Shown one piece after another: positions 40,462-52,334 of a stretch of DNA of 64,000 nucleotides (the stretch's first letter is position 1; every line of letters begins with the position of its first letter). A program made the translations under genes and the position numbers. This DNA is from Octopus sinensis (lineage: Eukaryota), in the NCBI RefSeq assembly GCF_006345805.1, contig NC_043019.1, positions 9,733,360 to 9,797,359 on the forward strand, in the 5' to 3' direction. The notes beneath the pieces were generated by a model. It saw only the letters and a program-made list of their open reading frames with translations. It was not told the origin of the DNA and did no database searches.

Positions 40462-43165
40462 ATCATTATCATCATCATCATCTTCATTTAGCATCCGCTT
40501 TCCATGCTAGCATGGGTTGGACGGTTAAACTGGGGTCTATGAAGCCAGAAGCCTGCACCAGGCTCCAGTCTGATCTGGCAGTGTTTCTACAGCTGGATGC
40601 CCTTCCTAACGCCAACCACTCCGTGAGTGTAGTGGGTGCTTTTTACGTGCCACCCGCACCAGACGGGGCTGGCAAACGGCCACGGACGGATGGTGCTTTT
40701 TACATGCCACCGGCACGGGGGCCAGGTGAGGCTGGCAATGGCCAAGATCGGATGGTGCTTTTTACGTGCCACCGGCATGGAGGCCAGTCAGGGAGGCACT
40801 GGCAACGGCCACGATCGGATGGTTCACTTACTTGTCACCGGCACTGGTATCACAGCTGCAATTTCCATTGATGTTGATCGACTTCGATTTTGGTTCTGCT
40901 TTCTGATATCTGATTTGATTTGATTTGATTTGATTTTTGATTTTCACTTGCCTCACGGGTCTTCACAAGTGGAGTTTTGTGTCCCAAGAAGGAAAGGTAT
41001 GTTTAAGTCGACTGGCTACATACCAGGTAAAGGCCACGGGTTATGGTCTCACTAGTCTTGCCGGGTCTTCTCACGCACAGCATACTTCCATAAGTCTCGG
41101 TCTCTAGTCATTTCCTTGGTGAGACCTAAAGTTCGAAGGTCGTGCTTCACCACCTCGTCCCAGGTTTTCCTGGGTCTACCTCTTCCACAGGTTCCCTCAA
41201 CCACTAGAGTGTGGCACTTTTGCACACAACTATCTTCAGCCATTCTCATCACATGACCATACCAGCGCAAACGTCTCTCTTGCACACCACAACTGATGCT
41301 TCTTAGGTCCAACTATTCTCTCAAGGTACTTACACTCTGTCGAGTATGAACACTGACATTACACATCCATCAGAGCATACTGGCTTCATTTCTTGCGAGC
41401 TTATGCATATCCTCAGCAGTCACAGCCCATGTTTCACTACCATGTAGCATGGCTGTTCGTACACATGCATCATACAGTCTGCCTTGTACTCTGAGCGAGA
41501 GGCCTTTTGTCACCAGCAGCCATAAGAGCTCTCTGAACTTTGCTCAGGCTATTCTTACTCTAGCAGTTACACTTTCAGCACACCCACCCCTGCTACTGAC
41601 TTGGTCACCTAGGTAGCAGAAGCTATCAACTACTTCTAGTTTTTCTCCCTGGAATGTGGTAGAATTTGGTCTCTGCGCATTTTCAGTGTTTATTGCTCCT
41701 GAGCATCTGCCACAAACAAAAACTATTTTCCTAGTTAGCCTTCCTTTGACATTATGTGTCCATAGCTTACACTTGGTGCATCTTATAGAGTTTCTACCTA
41801 CACCTTTTCTACAGATCGAGCAGGGCCATCTACCTGAAGGTGTTTGTGATTGGTCTACCTTCCTACTTATTAGGACTTTGGTTTTGGCTAGGTTGATTCT
41901 AAGGCGCTTCGATTCTAATCCTTGCTTCCACACCTGAAACTTATCCTCCAGTTCTGATAGTGACTCAGCAATTAGAGCAAAGTCGTCAGCATAGAGGAGC
42001 TCCCAGGGGTATCCTGTCTTGAATTCCTCCGTTATTGCCTGGAGGACTATGATAACTAGGAGGGGACTGAGGACTGAACCTTGGTGGACCCCAACCTCTA
42101 CCCGTAATTCTTCACTGTACTCGTTGCCAACCCTCACCATACTAGCAGCGTCTCTGTACATGGCTCACACAGCTCTCACTAACCATTCATCTATCCCTAG
42201 TTTCCTCATTGACCACCAGATAAGGGATCGGGGGACCCTGTCGAAGGCTTTCTCCATGTCAACAAAAGCCAGGTACAGGGGCTTATCTTTGGCTAGGTAT
42301 TTCTCCTGCAGCTGTCTTACCAGGAATATAGCATCAGTGGTACTTTTCCCTGGCACGAACCCAAACTGCATGTCCTCTAAGCTAACTCTCTCTCTAATTA
42401 GTTGGGCTATAACCCTCTCCGTAACCTTCATTACCTGATCCAGCTGCTTGATACCCCTGTAGTTATTTGTATCTAGGGCGTCAGCTTTACCTTTGTAGCA
42501 GTTGATTATTATGCTGCTACACCAGTCATTGGGAATGACTCCTTCGTGTATCACCTGGTTAACTATACGGGTGACTAGGCTATAGCCGACACTACCAGAT
42601 ATTTTGAGCATCTCTGCAGTAATTCCTGATGGGCCTGGGGCTTTCCCTGTTTTCATGCTTGTATTTGCCTTAACTACTAAGGAACTGTCAACTCGGATTG
42701 CTGGTCCCTCTGTTGGGTCGGCATTCGGCAGACTCTCTTTATCCCATTCATTTTCCTCATTCAGCAACCTTTCATAGTGGCATCTCCAAACCTCTCTCTT
42801 TGCATCCTCATTTAGCGCAAGAGAACCGTCATCCTTGCGAACACATTTCTCTCCTACCACGTCATGATTCTCTCTCACACACTGTTTTTGCAACACAAAA
42901 TACCTCATGTCTTTCATCCTCATGGCGCAGAACATTGGCAAATGTTTTCTTATCTGCTTCCCCTCTGGCTAAATACACCTGTCTCCTAGCTTCCCTTCTG
43001 GCAGTCTGATACACTTCCCTGCTACCACCGTTCTTCCAGTCCTTCCAAGCCTGTTTCTTTTGTCTAATAGCCCTGTCAACAATATTGTTCCACCACCACG
43101 TTATTTTGGGTCTTGAGGGGGGGGGGGGGAATTCGCACCAGCAACAGATCTGGTCAGTGGCTTTC
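40462..43165 (-). mobile_element. 5'-truncated RTE LINE, about 2.7 kb, antisense to cpo, with (GAT)n tail
   Basis: ORFs 42862..43191, 42165..42941 (KAPGPSG, QFGFVPG, DMEKAFD), 41544..42161 (GVHQGSVLSP, YADD) and 41052..41312 (RRLRWYGHV); few disruptions. Confidence 0.95.
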
Positions 43166-43273
43166 ATATATATATATATATATATATACACATATGTATA
43201 TACATATATATATGTATATATATATATATATATGAAAGAAGGTTTGAAAATGCAATTTTAAAAGATGTTTATT

Positions 43274-43317
43274 TACTTTACCGGTTTCACTTTTTTAGAA
43301 AAAGATTGTCAAAAGTA
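43274..43317 (-). ncRNA. minimal hammerhead with U3-A8 variant core, in a Penelope-like terminus (about 43235-43365)
   Basis: Minus strand: tactt TTGACAA t-cttttt-cta-aaaaag-t GAAA ccgg TA aagta; 5-bp stem I; U-U at the base of stem II. Confidence 0.55.
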
Positions 43318-43395
43318 TCATGTAAAAGCTTGGTTGTGTTAGGTACTGGTTGTCACAAAATATTACAATATATATATATTGATATATATATATAT

Positions 43396-44625
43396 TCATA
43401 GGACATCTTCGCTAATGTCAATATATTCTATTGTAACTGCCTCGCTGGTTATAGTTGAGGCGGCAAAGAAGTCCACTGGTTCGTTCACTTGTCTGTGTTC
43501 CAACGGGGTGGTAAAGACACTTTTGAACTGATCATTCAGTATCTCACTGATCTTAGTTGGACTGTCTGTGAGGGAGCCATCGTTTTGGAGGAGGAGTCCT
43601 ATCTTGTAGTGTACTGAGACTGTTTCTTTCGCGTAATGAAAGAAGGCCTTTGGGTTTGATTTAATGTTTTTTATAACCCAGGCTTCTTTGTCTGCTTTCT
43701 CCCTCACATCGGATTGTTGCAGCCTTTTTTCGATCTCCATCAGTGTTGTTTTTAGGCGGGACATTTCACTACTTTTGGGATGTTGGTTGAGTCGATTTGC
43801 AACCGTCGTCCGTCGTCTCATGAGGATCTTCCTGTCTCTTGGAATCTTGCTCCTATTTGTTTTGGCCTTGTGCTCTGGGACATATTTCTGGCATACAGCT
43901 TGCACAGAAGACATGAATCATTCTAGTTTCATGTCAATGTCTGGTGTGGAGAGACATTCCGGCCAGTCCTCTCTGAGGATCTCTTTTTGGATCAATTTCC
44001 AATCTGCTTTGTGGAAGTTCAGATTGGAGAGATTTCGGGTGCTTTCTTTAGGCTGTATGTCTCTGGTTACTTTCGGCCCAAACATAGACAGCTCTATTAT
44101 GTTGTGATCCGAGACTAATGTCGGTGTCACTTTCACATCATGAATGATGTCCATATTGTTCGTGAAGCAGAGATCCAGAATGTTATTCGCCCTAGTTGGT
44201 TTGAGTACAACTCGCTCCATGAATAAGGCATTGGTGAGGTTGAGCAGGGACTCCACCTGTACTTGCTTGCAATGATTCATTCCTGAGAGTATGAGACCTT
44301 CAGGCCATTTGACGTTGGGGAAGTTGAAATCACCCATATAAATATGGTGACGTAGTGTTCTAGATTCATGAGGATTTCTTTTATTCTTGTGAGGCAATCT
44401 TCAAACTTGCCTATGTGATTTGAAGCATCCGGTAGGCAATATGTATTGCATATGACTATATTATGTTGTCTTATGTATACAATTAAAGTGTCACATACCG
44501 AATTTGAGTATGTCATTAAGACCTGGGGTGTGAGGTCATCTCGGATGTATACAGCAACTCCACCATGGCTCCTTTCCCTTCTATCTGTTCGCAATATGGC
44601 ATAGTTTGGTACGTGTATATATGAC
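43396..44625 (-). mobile_element. CR1-like LINE internal fragment (APE endonuclease and linker)
   Basis: GGVAVY, GDFNFP, ILDLCF and SDHNII motifs in ORFs 44277..44660, 43918..44397 and 43396..43914. Confidence 0.9.
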
Positions 44626-44724
44626 ATGTATATATATATAAATATATATATATATGGCATACATATATATATATATAAATATATATATATATGACATATT
44701 TATATGAATATAAATATATATATT

Positions 44725-44767
<43 letters not shown>

Positions 44768-44937
44768 TTATTAGTGAATTGAAGAAATGGAGTTGAACGA
44801 AGATTGAACAGAATTCCTTTTATTGCATTCTTCTGCCGTGATTTTTGCTACCAAGGTATCGGTTAAACTTTTGATTAATCTGCAACAAGATTATTCATCT
44901 TTCTATTTTACCAAATATATATGTATATATATATGAT

Positions 44938-45232
44938 ATATCATCATCATCATTATTTAGCGTCCGCTTTCCATGCTAGCATGGGTTGGACGGTTCAACT
45001 GGGGTATGTGAAGCCAGAAGGCTGCATCAGGCCCAGTCTGATCTGGCAGTGTTTCTACGGCTGAATGCCCTTCCTAACGTTAACCACTCCGTGAGTGTAG
45101 TGGGTGCTTTTTACGTGCCACCCGCACAGGTGCCAGACAGAGCTGGCAAACGGCCATGGACGGATGGTGCTTTTTACGTGCCCCCGGCACGGGGGCCAGG
45201 CGAGGCTGGCAACGGCCACGAACGGATGGTGC
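44938..45232 (-). mobile_element. RTE 3'-UTR copy
   Basis: Closely matches 40470-40770. Confidence 0.9.
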
Positions 45233-45265
45233 TTATATATATATATATATGACATATAAATATGA

Positions 45266-45311
<46 letters not shown>

Positions 45312-45317
<6 letters not shown>

Positions 45318-45628
45318 AGATAAGCTACTAGCCATAGATTAGGTGGATGCAAACTCAACTGCTGGTCCTGATGTTTTCCCAGAAAACCTCCTGAAATTGT
45401 GTAAGCATGCCCTGGCAGAACCTCTACAGATTTTCTTCCAGAGCTTTCTTGCAAATGGCATGCTGCCAAGCAAGCTGAAGGAGGGAATGATATGCCCAAT
45501 CCATAAAGGAGGAAGCAGAGCAAATGCCAAAAACTATAGCCTTATGTTTCTGACTTCACACATCAACAAGTCATGGAACGGATATTCAGAGGGAAACTAA
45601 TTGCATTCCTTGAAGGAAACAACTAGCT
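45312..45628 (+). mobile_element. CR1-like LINE internal fragment (RT N-terminus)
   Basis: SEDKLLAID*VDANSTAGPDVFP...CPIHKGGSRANAKNY. Confidence 0.85.
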
Positions 45629-48614
45629 GATGTGTATCCTTTCATATTTCAATAAAACAGTAGCATTCATCTTTAATCCTGCACCTAACTTTAACCTCTA
45701 TTGCAAGAGCTTTTTTAACTCTTATATTGGTGCAGGTAAGTGCAGGTGGAACGTGACAAATACATTTTGTTCATGTCATATGTGTGTTGTCACTATGCAT
45801 ACCATTATCTTTTATTGCTTGTTGCTTTGGACTGGACATGGTGTGCCATACATCATATCGTTGCTCTCAATCTTTCATCTTGTTTGTTTAAGCAACTTCA
45901 GATTTGACTTTTTAAATCTTTCTTTGTCACTCAGACTTTCTCAGCACATGGCACTTATTTATCCATAGTTTAAGAGCAAGTATATTATCAAAATATTATG
46001 ATCCATGACCATCCCATATTTTAGTGTTCCAAAGATTACATTGTCTGACATTGCCTTCCTTTTTTTAAGTTAATAGGTATAATTTAAGGGGGATTTGGTT
46101 TGTACTCCAGGGAGATCAAACAACCATATAGAGGTTTCCCTTTATCTTCTCAGCACGTTGTTTCTATTCATTGCCATAATTATCATCACATCCACCACTA
46201 CCACCATCACCACCACTATACATCTTCCTTATCATCATGATGCTTTCACTCATCTCAAATGCGATATAAATGTTTGACTTCACCTCTTTTTATCTATTTT
46301 TTTATCTGCCTTTTGCAACTGTTAATTTCTACCCAGAATTCATTGCCAACTCACACCACATGCTCTAGCAAGTGCAACTGTTTCCTAAATACATCATTCG
46401 ATGTCTTTAATGCCCAGTCACTGTCATAACGTTTCTTGACATGCCACTTCAACTCAACGAAATCTATGTAGCCAACACATCACATTCAACTCAGTTACCT
46501 TCCATCTTCATGGATCTTCCACATTCAACCATATCTGACTACCATCAACAACTGTTCATTGTATTACTGGATAGTGTATTCCACTATTTCACCACTGATG
46601 GCTGTAACTGTAGATCATGTACACATATCACCTCTAAATTATCAACAATATATAAATATTAGGAAACAACATGTAGCTGTTTGCATTTGCCTCTCACAAT
46701 ATGTAGTTGGCAAATTTTAGTCTGTGTTGCTAGTATAACTTTCTAGTCACTTGCAAAGTATATGACAATGATTAAAGAATTCCATATAAATTATGTGTAT
46801 TTTATATGTGTATTATATACATTTACTTTATAGATTGTCATAATATGCATCCTACATAAATCTTTCATGCATACAATGTTGTATATTCCTAGTGTGCTAC
46901 GTGAACACTACACACCCCAAAATGCTGGAATTTTTTTCATGAATAGTCCACACTGAAATATAAAAATTAAGTCAGTTTGAAGTTGTATTATGTATAGAAA
47001 TTACCTAAAGTTTGTTTATTCTTACACAAGAAAAGCAGCACAATGTGTAACAACAGCTAATCATTGAGCAAACATACACAAAAATATGATAATAAAATAA
47101 CTTATACACACACACACCTTTTTTTTTTGCTCGCATACCCACATGTACAAATGTATTTACATGTGACTGAGTGTAAAACTCAGCAGAGCAATTGAGCAAA
47201 ACTCCAGTTACAAGGCAAATGAATTAATAGTATAATTTTGATTCTATAAATTCGAATTCCATTGATTGACTATTCGATTCCATTGATTGACTACTATCTT
47301 TTTGTTTAGTTTACACACTCTTGAAAACACACATGCCAGAATTTTTTTTCAGTTTCTGACCACCAAATTCACTCACAAGCCTTTGGTTGTCCCAGGGCTA
47401 TAATGTCCTTGTCCAAGGTGCCAAAACCCAAAATTATGTAGTCAGGAATTGAACTTCCCAAACATGCAGTCATGCCAGCATCTTTATATAGAAATAGATG
47501 TTCATTGGCTTTGGAGACAAATATTTCAGTTGTTCAGTCAATAGTTCATTCATTGGATTTGCATGTAAAGGGCTGAATACTCCACCTTTAATTTAATTTT
47601 CTAAGAGAATCAACTTAACAATAAGTACAAACCTTGGCACTTCATCCTAACAGCTCCTAACTATAGAGTTTCAATCACAAGGCTTGAGACAACAAAAGCT
47701 ATGGTCAAAGACGTGTCCAAGATGCTACATAGTAGAATTGATCCAGTACTCCTGATTGCAAATAAAACTTATTAGTGATTCCGTCATGCTTCTACATGAC
47801 TTTACAACCTTAGAAAACTGATCACTCTCTTTTTCGTATATCAAAAATTCCACTATATAAAAATTCCACTGAAGGGAATTGAACCATGCTTTTCTGGATA
47901 CTGATTACTCTATATTGTGTTAGGATTCTGGTAAACAATAGATCATATAATATAAATACAAGTATTCCACAAACACTTGTACCCTTAGAATAGACCTTAA
48001 GGGGAATCAGTACAACAGTGTGTGATATACTGTAAATTACAGTTCCCCTTGTAGCTTTAAGTAAGTGGGTGAATATCCTACATCCATTAAAAATCTTAAT
48101 GTAGTCCACTGGCAAAATGTGTGACATAGTGGATGACTAAATTGGCTCTTTGAATCATAGCTACAATTGATCCAACAAGTTCCACTGCTCTTTTTTTTTT
48201 CTTTTTACATTTACCCAATTTCACATGCAAGACTTTGGTCGCAATGGCAGACATTTTCCCAAAGTGCTGCACAGTGGTGTTGAGCAAGGAGCTGATGATT
48301 TCACAACAGACATACCTGCATCTTCGTATACATAGATATAGATGTATACATTGGTACATATACACATTCATTACATACACACTTGGTGATGCAACTCTGA
48401 CAAGATTCATTTGTCTTTTTTTTTCCCTTCTTGGGTTAATAAGACAAATACAAAGCATTTACTAAAACTATTTAATTGACAACATTTCTTCCATTCTACG
48501 TTTATGACCAATCTTGGCAATAGAACAACTGTCTCTGTCTTCCACCAATATTTCTAGCTAAATGCCTCTCTTACAAATCACCACTTTTATTATTTTTTTG
48601 ATATTTCTTTCCAG

Positions 48615-48753
48615 GGTGTAAAATTTGATCCCGATTTGCCACAGACTCTCCGGCTAGAATTTGCTAAAAGTAACACAAAAGTCACAAAGCCTAAACAGCA
48701 GTCTCCGCAACCGGCAGCAACACATCCAACAATTATACATCCACTAACAGGGC
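48615..48753 (+). CDS. cpo: cpo exon ([46 protein letters not shown]), phase 0/1
   Basis: Acceptor tttctttccag and donor gtgagt. FDP-PQT-RLEFAK-NTK is the family signature (ORF 48636..48830). Confidence 0.96.
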
Positions 48754-49079
48754 GTGAGTATATATGTGTATATATATATATATATATAAATGCAAATGAA
48801 ACATTGTTAAAAAAAAAGAGTCTGCAGTGACAACTGCATCCAGATGCATAGTGTCTGGCATCAGTAAAACCTTACAAGGTATGTGCTCAGGAGTAACACT
48901 GAAAACAGGAATCCATTATTTGACTGACAGTAAAACCTTATGTACCTCACTACATCCAAATTACCTGCACACCATTGCTGCAGCTGGTAGTGGTGGTGAT
49001 GCAGAAGTTTAATGAAAGTAGAACTAGACAAGACTTTTCTTATGAGTCAATACTGTTTTGAATGTAATTAATAATTTTA

Positions 49080-49116
<37 letters not shown>

Positions 49117-49879
49117 TGATCACTTTGTGTGATTGTTTTTTCTAAGTTTACTCTAAATGGTTAAACATTTGTCTCTTTTTACTTTCCTTCTTCAGTTATC
49201 TGAACCCAAATCCTGTTGTAACTAGCTTTATCTGCCTGGAGTTGATAATATAAGTATCAGCTATTTAGTTAGTGGATTAGTTCAACTGAATATTCCCCCA
49301 TATAATTCACAACAAATTCGTCAGTTCAAATCTCCTAGTGTTAACATTGTTTTTTGCCTGATGCTGAGGTTGAAAAATCAACTTTACTCAATCAGTCAGT
49401 ATTCTTCTGCTGACAAATTGTGACCTGCACCAATGTAAGGGGCCATTCATACCATCATCACAAATTCTCGCTTGTTGTAAAAGAGTAAAAACAGAAGAAC
49501 AGCAGAGAAAATTTTGAACAGTATTTCGTTCTATCGCTCTACATTCAGAGTTCAAGTTACCCCAAAGGTTTATTTTGCCCTTTGTCTTTTTTGTTTTTCC
49601 TACTAGAGATACAAGAGCACAAATTTGTGTGGCAATTGGGTGTAGCCAATTGAGTTAACCAAGGAAGCAATAAAAGCAAAAATTGGCTACGGCCAGGTTT
49701 GAACCTTTACACCACAAAGTCCTGAATTCAGTACCCTGCCATCTCTGCTTCCGTTCATCATCATCAATATGTTTTCTCATTCTCACTTTTGAATTGTTTA
49801 CATTTTATAATATCACTTTGTGATTTTTTTCTGATGTTTATTTTGTTGTTATTGTGTTTTTCTTTTCTTTCTTTTGCAG

Positions 49880-50028
49880 AAGAATTAGGTGCAGCATTTT
49901 TCCCTGGAAGTCCTGAAGCCTGGACTCCTCATCCTTTGGCCTACCCAGAACTGGCCCCTGCAACAGCTACAGCCATTCACCATGCTGCGCTCATCCAGCA
50001 TCCAGCTCTAGCCCAGGTACCGGTACGG
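49880..50028 (+). CDS. cpo: cpo C-terminal region exon (QELGAAFFPGSPEAWTPHPLAYPELAPATATAIHHAALIQHPALAQVPVR), phase 1/0; donor position ambiguous (50016/50022/50028)
   Basis: Acceptor cttttgcag; in frame with the phase-1 end of the previous exon; resembles RBPMS [20 protein letters not shown] and the insect Cpo ...QVPVR tail (recalled). Confidence 0.9.
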
Positions 50029-51029
50029 GTTAGTTTTATTATCTTTCATCCCCTATTTTTGTTTTTGCTTTGTTTACTCCTCTTTCTTTGAGTTTGTTTT
50101 TATTGTTCCCCTCACATATTTTCTTTCCTATGTGAACGTGTACAAATGTCCATGTGAGTAAATGTATGTGTGTGTCTGTATGCACATATGTGTCTACCTG
50201 TGTGTGCTGCTGCCCTACAGGGGTGAGGGTGGAGAGCAACAAAAAGTATATTCATTGCTCCTCCTCCACCTGACGAGCCAATAAAAAATGTATATTCAGA
50301 TCTATGTTTATGTCAAACATCATGGTAAAAGTAGGAAAGTTTCCAAACAAGGCAAGTCTTTCAGGTTCAATCTCATATAAGAACTAAGAAAATAAGTGTA
50401 AGTTTCAAATGTGCATTGGATCATCTCCCCGTCCCACCTCGCCCACCTCACTGATGCATATCTTCTGATGATGAAAATTTTCAGAAATTGATTTTACTTG
50501 TTTCATAGCAGGGTGCAGGATGACTACTTATCATAGGGCTATATCTGTCATATACCGGATACCTAACATCTTGAATGGCCACTCCACCTTGATATAAACA
50601 GGTACCATAAGGTAGTATTAAGTTGTGGTTGTTTTTGGTTTTGTTCAGCTGTACTCTATCCTGTACTCTAGCAATGACCATTCCATCTTTTTCCTGGCAA
50701 CAATGCATAGGACTACATTATTAACTGTGTTCTTTACTGAGATGGTAGGATGCAATTTGAGGGAGGTGTGACTCATTTCTTACCACTCAGCCATGAAGAA
50801 ACACCTAACATTAGCTGTGACACTCTGATGATGGAGGAAAGTTGAAACACTTTAAAACTGAGATTTCATTAACTTGTTCAACTTCTTACTACATAGCTAT
50901 ATAGTATTCCACCAATCCTAAATGCATTATATTCAGATTTCAAAATGATATTAATTTCATTGAGATAGGCTGATTGATAACAATACAGCACTACATCTAT
51001 ATAGATATAGATATATCTATATATTTCTG

Positions 51030-51360
51030 TGTATATGTGATGTGAAGGAAGAAAAAGAGGGAAGCAAAGAGAGAATTATGGTAGTCTTACCTATTGGTCC
51101 AGAAAAAAGGTCTCTTTCAACGTCCATGTGCTGTCTCAATCTACAAGGTTCACTCAATGTCCACGTGTGCAATCCATCGCCATACAATCTAACATGTCTG
51201 CTCTGATGCACTGTTCACCACTGATTGATTCCTCATGCTTCACTGACCCTGCATGCCCACCATGGCCCTATTAGTGGGACCCACAGGCCCCATTTTCGAC
51301 AGGACATGCCGACACCCTCACTTCCGATCCTTCTCTACAACACAGCCTGGCTCATAACAC
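51030..51360 (-). mobile_element. degenerate RTE 3' coding relic
   Basis: ORF 51017..51211 (VRLYGDGL...GPIGKT) weakly resembles the RLRWYGHV...GRPRKT region. Confidence 0.45.
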
Positions 51361-51418
51361 CACAGTATATCTCCATCTATACTCAAAATATGAGTTTGTT
51401 CCTATATTTATATTAATA

Positions 51419-51610
51419 TTTAGCAGAAGCAGCAGAGTGACTCAAGATCCAAGATTTCATGTTATGATTTAAAATTTTTTCTAGAACAATCCAGAGGGAA
51501 ATATAATTCTCAATAACTATATAAATCTACAGCCCTTTGACCTGTAACTAGTTTGAGAAGTGCTAATGCATGAAATTCTCAGACCTTGAGTCACTATTAC
51601 TTCTGCTAAA
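51419..51610. mobile_element. MITE with about 30-bp imperfect TIRs; left end also present at about 28345
   Basis: tttagcagaagcagcagagtgactcaagatc versus gaccttgagtcactattacttctgctaaa. Confidence 0.75.
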
Positions 51611-51619
51611 CATTAATAA

Positions 51620-51652
<33 letters not shown>

Positions 51653-51693
51653 CACACATTCTTTATTTTCTCTCCTTGTTTCTTTCTATGTTC

Positions 51694-51729
51694 CTTTCTG
51701 TGGAAGAGCATAGGCTCGAAACATTAAAG
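51694..51729 (+). ncRNA. degenerate hammerhead-like motif in a Penelope-like terminus (about 51650-51815)
   Basis: cttt CTGTGGA a gagc-atag-gctc GAAA cat t aaag; core A6 is U and the stem III palindrome is broken. Confidence 0.35.
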
Positions 51730-51848
51730 ACTTCTTCACTTCCTGAGTGTTAAACTAATACATCTGTTTGTTGTCTACACCATCTGTCTTCGTCTTTTGT
51801 TTTGTGAATTCTCCCTATATATATATATATATATATATACATACACAT

Positions 51849-52172
51849 AATTATTATTATGGCTGCCCCCTCGTTATCAAGTATGGCCATTGCACGAAGC
51901 TTAACTGTTACTGGTGCTGTGATCGAATGTGACTTTTTTGCCCAGCTAAAGATCTACAATGTCTTGTACAGAATTGGCAATTAAAACCTTTACTGGTAAT
52001 AGCCGGCTGTAGTTGTAACTGGGCTTCATGTACCTTTGCATGTCGTTTAAGTCCTCCTGCCGAATTACACTCTCTTCCACATGCCCGACAGATATGATTA
52101 GTATGGTGTGTTACACCACCACCAGTGACCAGGTTGTCACTCATCTGTCTCGCTTTATGACTACAAAGATGA
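51849..52172 (-). mobile_element. LINE 3' end encoding two C2H2 zinc fingers
   Basis: CRACGRECNSAGGLKRHAKVH and CQFCTRHCRSLAGQKSHIRSQH, then a short UTR and (AAT)n. Confidence 0.75.
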
Positions 52173-52334
52173 CTCTTGACATATATACATACATATATAC
52201 ATACATACATACATACTTATATATATATATATATATTATATATATATATATACACATACTTACATATATATATATATGTGTGTGCGTGTATATTTATGTA
52301 TGTATATATTATCTGTATATATCTACATCTATAT

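Noticed and set aside
49170-49205. Pyrimidine-rich acceptor before 49196 and AAG|GTATGT donor at 48879
   Set aside because: Both lead to immediate stops, have no partner site or motif support, and are expected by chance in a T-rich intron.
19390-50490. Other CTGATGA heptamers (19390, 19799, 28186, 50465) as hammerhead cores
   Set aside because: Each lacks a stem II closed by GAAA, or lacks a pairing stem I and cleavage triplet.
51061-51100. tag|TCTTACCTA reading SYL, which would mimic the recalled insect Cpo ending VPVRSYL
   Set aside because: The upstream context is purine-rich with no pyrimidine tract, lies in a probable RTE relic, and has no stop after SYL.
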